Part shown: in pieces, positions 21,726 to 24,807 of the stretch
How the letters are laid out: each line of letters starts with the position of its first letter
Position numbering within the stretch: the first letter of the stretch is position 1
Source of the DNA: Paraphysomonas bandaiensis
Taxonomy: Eukaryota; Protista; Chrysophyceae
Length of the DNA: 24,807 nucleotides
Reading direction: 5' to 3'
Assembly: GCA_965644295.1 (NCBI GenBank)
Contig: CBFFRP010000321.1
Location: 1 to 24,807, forward strand
Notes under the pieces: generated by a model
Databases searched by the model: none
Seen by the model: the letters and a program-made list of their open reading frames with translations, nothing else
Told to the model about the DNA's origin: nothing
Made by a program: the position numbers and the translations under genes

Positions 21726-22670
21726 ATGAGCGCTGCGATATTCAACTCCTACTCCGTCACCGGAGTGTCTGGTGACTCCACAGCCCATGCGACATGCATC
21801 CTGACGAGACCAGCGGCTGTCCTCCCGATCATATCGATAGTGTTGTTCGTTGCATTTAACGTCATATTTTCAGTTCAAACTGTTCCGAGATCACACCACA
21901 GTCCCTTCTGTGTCCCTGAAGACAACAGATATGAATTCCAAGTCAAGCCCGCTTTAAGAGTGCGTGGGTCTGTGTTTCTTCCTCTGTACGCGTCACACAC
22001 ACCCAGCACCATACAAGACAGCATTAAGGTTGCGTTGATATCAATTCACGGCTATGGCAGACACGGAGGTGAGTGTTCCGTATCTTCATGTCGTGTGTTT
22101 ACTCTCCCTGCAGGCGACACATTCTGTCAGGTGTTTTCTGCTCTCGAGAAGAGATCAGATGTGATGATTCTGGTGCCTCTCTTTCATTCGACTTCGATAT
22201 CTGGGCTGGTTTGGAATAGCAGTGACAGTCGCTCCTCGTCAGCGTTTTGGCCTACATCGAACTGGATGAAAGGTGAGAGTTTAGGAAGGACAACTGCCAT
22301 GTCTAATCCTCTTTGTATAGGTGGTAACGCCCACACTAAATTTACAACTCATGGACTATCATCTTTTGCTGCGATTGATATGTTAATCTCTCAGCTGCAG
22401 AACACTACTCTGTTTCCATCACTTAGGTTGGTGGTTGTAGCTGGTTTTTCAGCCGGTGGACAATTTGTCAACAGGTACAGCTGGGCAACTAGTCGAGGAA
22501 TTTCCAGCAATCATTCTATTGCCCCAGTCATGCAATTCTTATTTATACTTCAATAGTGTTCGCCCGCACAAAAACTGTTCACTTCCTTACAATGGTGTCC
22601 CATCATGCTCTCGATTCACGTTACCGTACCGCAGAATTAGAGCTCGTTGTCCGAAGTACGACCGGTGGCC
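21726..22670 (+). pseudogene. Alpha/beta-hydrolase (esterase-like) host gene, frameshifted and truncated by an LTR insertion
   Basis: N-terminal hydrophobic segment, ISIHGYGR and nucleophile elbow VVAGFSAGGQFVNRY. Introns 22069-22113 and 22273-22320. Frame change ~22530 before SYLYF; coding sequence breaks off at CPKYDRWP|TGTCAC. Confidence 0.75.
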
Positions 22671-24807
22671 TGTCACGCATACCTGTAGTTACTGTTATAC
22701 GTGGAGTTATACTGTGTTATACTGCGGTACTCAAGGCAGCATGCTGTTGTACTTTCATTTTCAGTTTATTTAGTATACATTGCGGTTACTGTATTCTTGA
22801 AGGGATATAAGTCCCGTATAACTACAAGTATGATACTGTAAACTGTAGATGATTCACAGCAAGATAGAGTGTTGTATGTTTTCACTTCTTTTCTTTACAC
22901 GTTTTAACGTAATTTAATTCATTCTATACTCGCGGTTTGCTTGTGTTAGGAGGCAGTTTCACCGGTTTGGTGTTCTGGACAGTGTATTCTCGGTTTGGGA
23001 AGCACTTTAAATTAATAAAACGTTGTAAACACGGTCTTTCTCATCAGAAAGATTACAGTATTAATACTTTAGTCGGATAGAAAGAAACATTGCTTATTTA
23101 TATTATTGTCGACTATGAGTTCGGAAGAAGAGGTTCCAAACATTATGGAGTTCCTTCAGCAGCGGTTTGCTGAACAAAATGAACAGTTTGCTGAGCAAAA
23201 GCAGCAGTATGCTGAACAACAAGAGCAGCTGAACAAGCGCTTTGAATCTATCGATCTTCATTTCGAAATGTTCGAACAAAGATTGCAGCAGTTGGAGTCT
23301 CGACGTTCCTCAAGACAAGCCACTCCAGCTAATTCGGAAGTAGATTTTGGAGGGGGTATATCCCAGATTGATGAAGAGGCAACGAATCAAATTGAAGAAG
23401 TTCAACAGCAAGAAGAACAAGCTGGAGGACCAGTACATGAACAGCAATACATAGACCCAGATCTACTTCAGACCAGAATCGAGGACGCAGTCCAACAGGC
23501 CGTGCTCAACGCAACGCAGGTATTGAGAGAGGAAGAGCAGCCTAGGAGGAGGAATGTTAGGAGACAGACTATTCAAGAAGCGCTAAGGCAGGCCGACGAA
23601 GACAGGACTAGTCAGGTCGTATTGACTCAACAGGATAATTCATACTTGAAGATCCAATTGACGGAAATTACTTTAGACGGCTTCATGACGTTTATGGAGA
23701 AGATTGCTGAGTATGAAAAACGGAATTATAATAGAGCGGTGCCTTCAGTGTACAGTTTGCTGAAAGATCGAGCAAGGGACATGGTTCGTCATACCCTGCG
23801 ACGCATGAATCCAACAGAATTCCCTACATACTTGGAGTGTACTGATGCTAGGATCACACATATCATTGAGGCAGTCAAACGTTTATTTAAACCTTTGGAT
23901 GTAATGGCATTCAACAAAATATTGTACAAATCTTGCAAAGCATACAAGGTTAATATGGAGAGACTGGAGGATTTCAGGAAAGCTGATGAAGATATATGTA
24001 TTCTCGAAACTAAGTTTATTCAGAGATACGACTTCTTGGTGGATGCAGCAAAAGTAAATCACTTGACTTTGAGTATACCTCTAACTACCACCAAACGAGG
24101 TGGGTCACTGGAAGTCTGGATGAGTTTGATACCACCTTGTATGAGAGATACCAGTAAGAGATTATTGAGAACAGAGAATTTCAACTCAGTGGAATCATTC
24201 TTCGAGGAGTTTTTCGAACATCTAAGAGTAACAAGGGAGCTTTCTGAGAAGTATCAACAATTCAAGGGCAGGTTTAATTTTCAAACAAAGCCTCAATTGA
24301 ATGCTGCAATATTGGCCATGATGGAGGAAGACGATTCGGATGAGAATGAGAAACAGACTAAGGAAAGTAACAATGATGCAAAGGATGATGACCTTAAGAG
24401 TGTGAATGAGGAAGTGATGGCTGCAGAAGTTTACAAGAAGAGTCCATGCTTTAAGGAAATGAATGTAGAGGGTGGGTGCAAGGACAAGAGTTGCAAATTT
24501 TCTCATGATAAGGAAATTCTTAAGGAGACACTGCGAGCTATGAATGCCAAGTTTGGAATTAAGGAAATGCCGACTAGGACTTCGCCTTGGCCTCAACAAA
24601 GGACTCAGAAAGAGAGTGTTCCTTGGTACCAGAGGAAACTAGGAAACGAGAAAGGGGATGTGCGAATGCTTGTGCGAGAACAAGAGGACCAGGGAGACAC
24701 AGATCCCATTGATGATCTTTGATCGGGTTCTACTTATCATGCTGCCCAGTTGTATAAGATGTCTACCAGCAAATACTGGAGAGCAGCACACAGAGAAGGG
24801 ATTATAA
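22671..24807 (+). mobile_element. LTR retrotransposon 5' part (probably Ty3/Gypsy); 5' LTR ~22671-23057
   Basis: TGTCACG starts exactly where the hydrolase frame breaks; AATAAA ~23014; candidate ...GATTACA end at 23057; long intronless Gag-like ORF follows. Pol domains lie outside the window, so the superfamily is inferred. Confidence 0.65.
23115..24722 (+). CDS. gag: Gag-like protein with N-terminal coiled coil and C-terminal CCCH zinc finger
   Basis: ATG at 23115; Q/E-rich coil; helical core; CFKEMNVEGGCKDKSCKFSH; position just after a putative LTR. Confidence 0.65.
   Translation: MSSEEEVPNIMEFLQQRFAEQNEQFAEQKQQYAEQQEQLNKRFESIDLHFEMFEQRLQQLESRRSSRQATPANSEVDFGGGISQIDEEATNQIEEVQQQEEQAGGPVHEQQYIDPDLLQTRIEDAVQQAVLNATQVLREEEQPRRRNVRRQTIQEALRQADEDRTSQVVLTQQDNSYLKIQLTEITLDGFMTFMEKIAEYEKRNYNRAVPSVYSLLKDRARDMVRHTLRRMNPTEFPTYLECTDARITHIIEAVKRLFKPLDVMAFNKILYKSCKAYKVNMERLEDFRKADEDICILETKFIQRYDFLVDAAKVNHLTLSIPLTTTKRGGSLEVWMSLIPPCMRDTSKRLLRTENFNSVESFFEEFFEHLRVTRELSEKYQQFKGRFNFQTKPQLNAAILAMMEEDDSDENEKQTKESNNDAKDDDLKSVNEEVMAAEVYKKSPCFKEMNVEGGCKDKSCKFSHDKEILKETLRAMNAKFGIKEMPTRTSPWPQQRTQKESVPWYQRKLGNEKGDVRMLVREQEDQGDTDPIDDL

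Overview
Eukaryotic DNA, probably from a protist (45-82 bp GT-AG introns), made of nested mobile elements around one intact giant gene. (1) 1-~4740: AT-rich right end of an endogenous Polinton-like/mavirus-like virus (pPolB C-terminus, rve integrase with chromodomain, small basic proteins, structured non-coding terminus). It apparently sits inside (2) a Copia LTR retrotransposon (integrase-RT-RNase H with one frameshift, 3' LTR ending ~7751). (3) A ~1.78 kb repeat occurs as direct copies at 7750-9522 and 16738-18526, plus a rearranged inverted copy (18762-21454) interrupted by a ~1 kb TG..CA solo LTR. (4) Between the direct copies lie a decayed second Copia tail/LTR and a minus-strand 4-exon gene (16551->10174, ~2060 aa after splicing three introns). 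It fuses 77-aa tandem repeats, an NYN (PIN-like) nuclease, LOTUS-like units, RRM/KH-like segments, a macrodomain, WWE and a PARP catalytic domain. This candidate all-in-one RNA-nuclease/ADP-ribosylation defence protein is the main finding. (5) An alpha/beta-hydrolase gene is truncated by a Gypsy-like LTR element whose Gag runs almost to the window end. Domain calls come from motif recognition by eye; no database searches were run.
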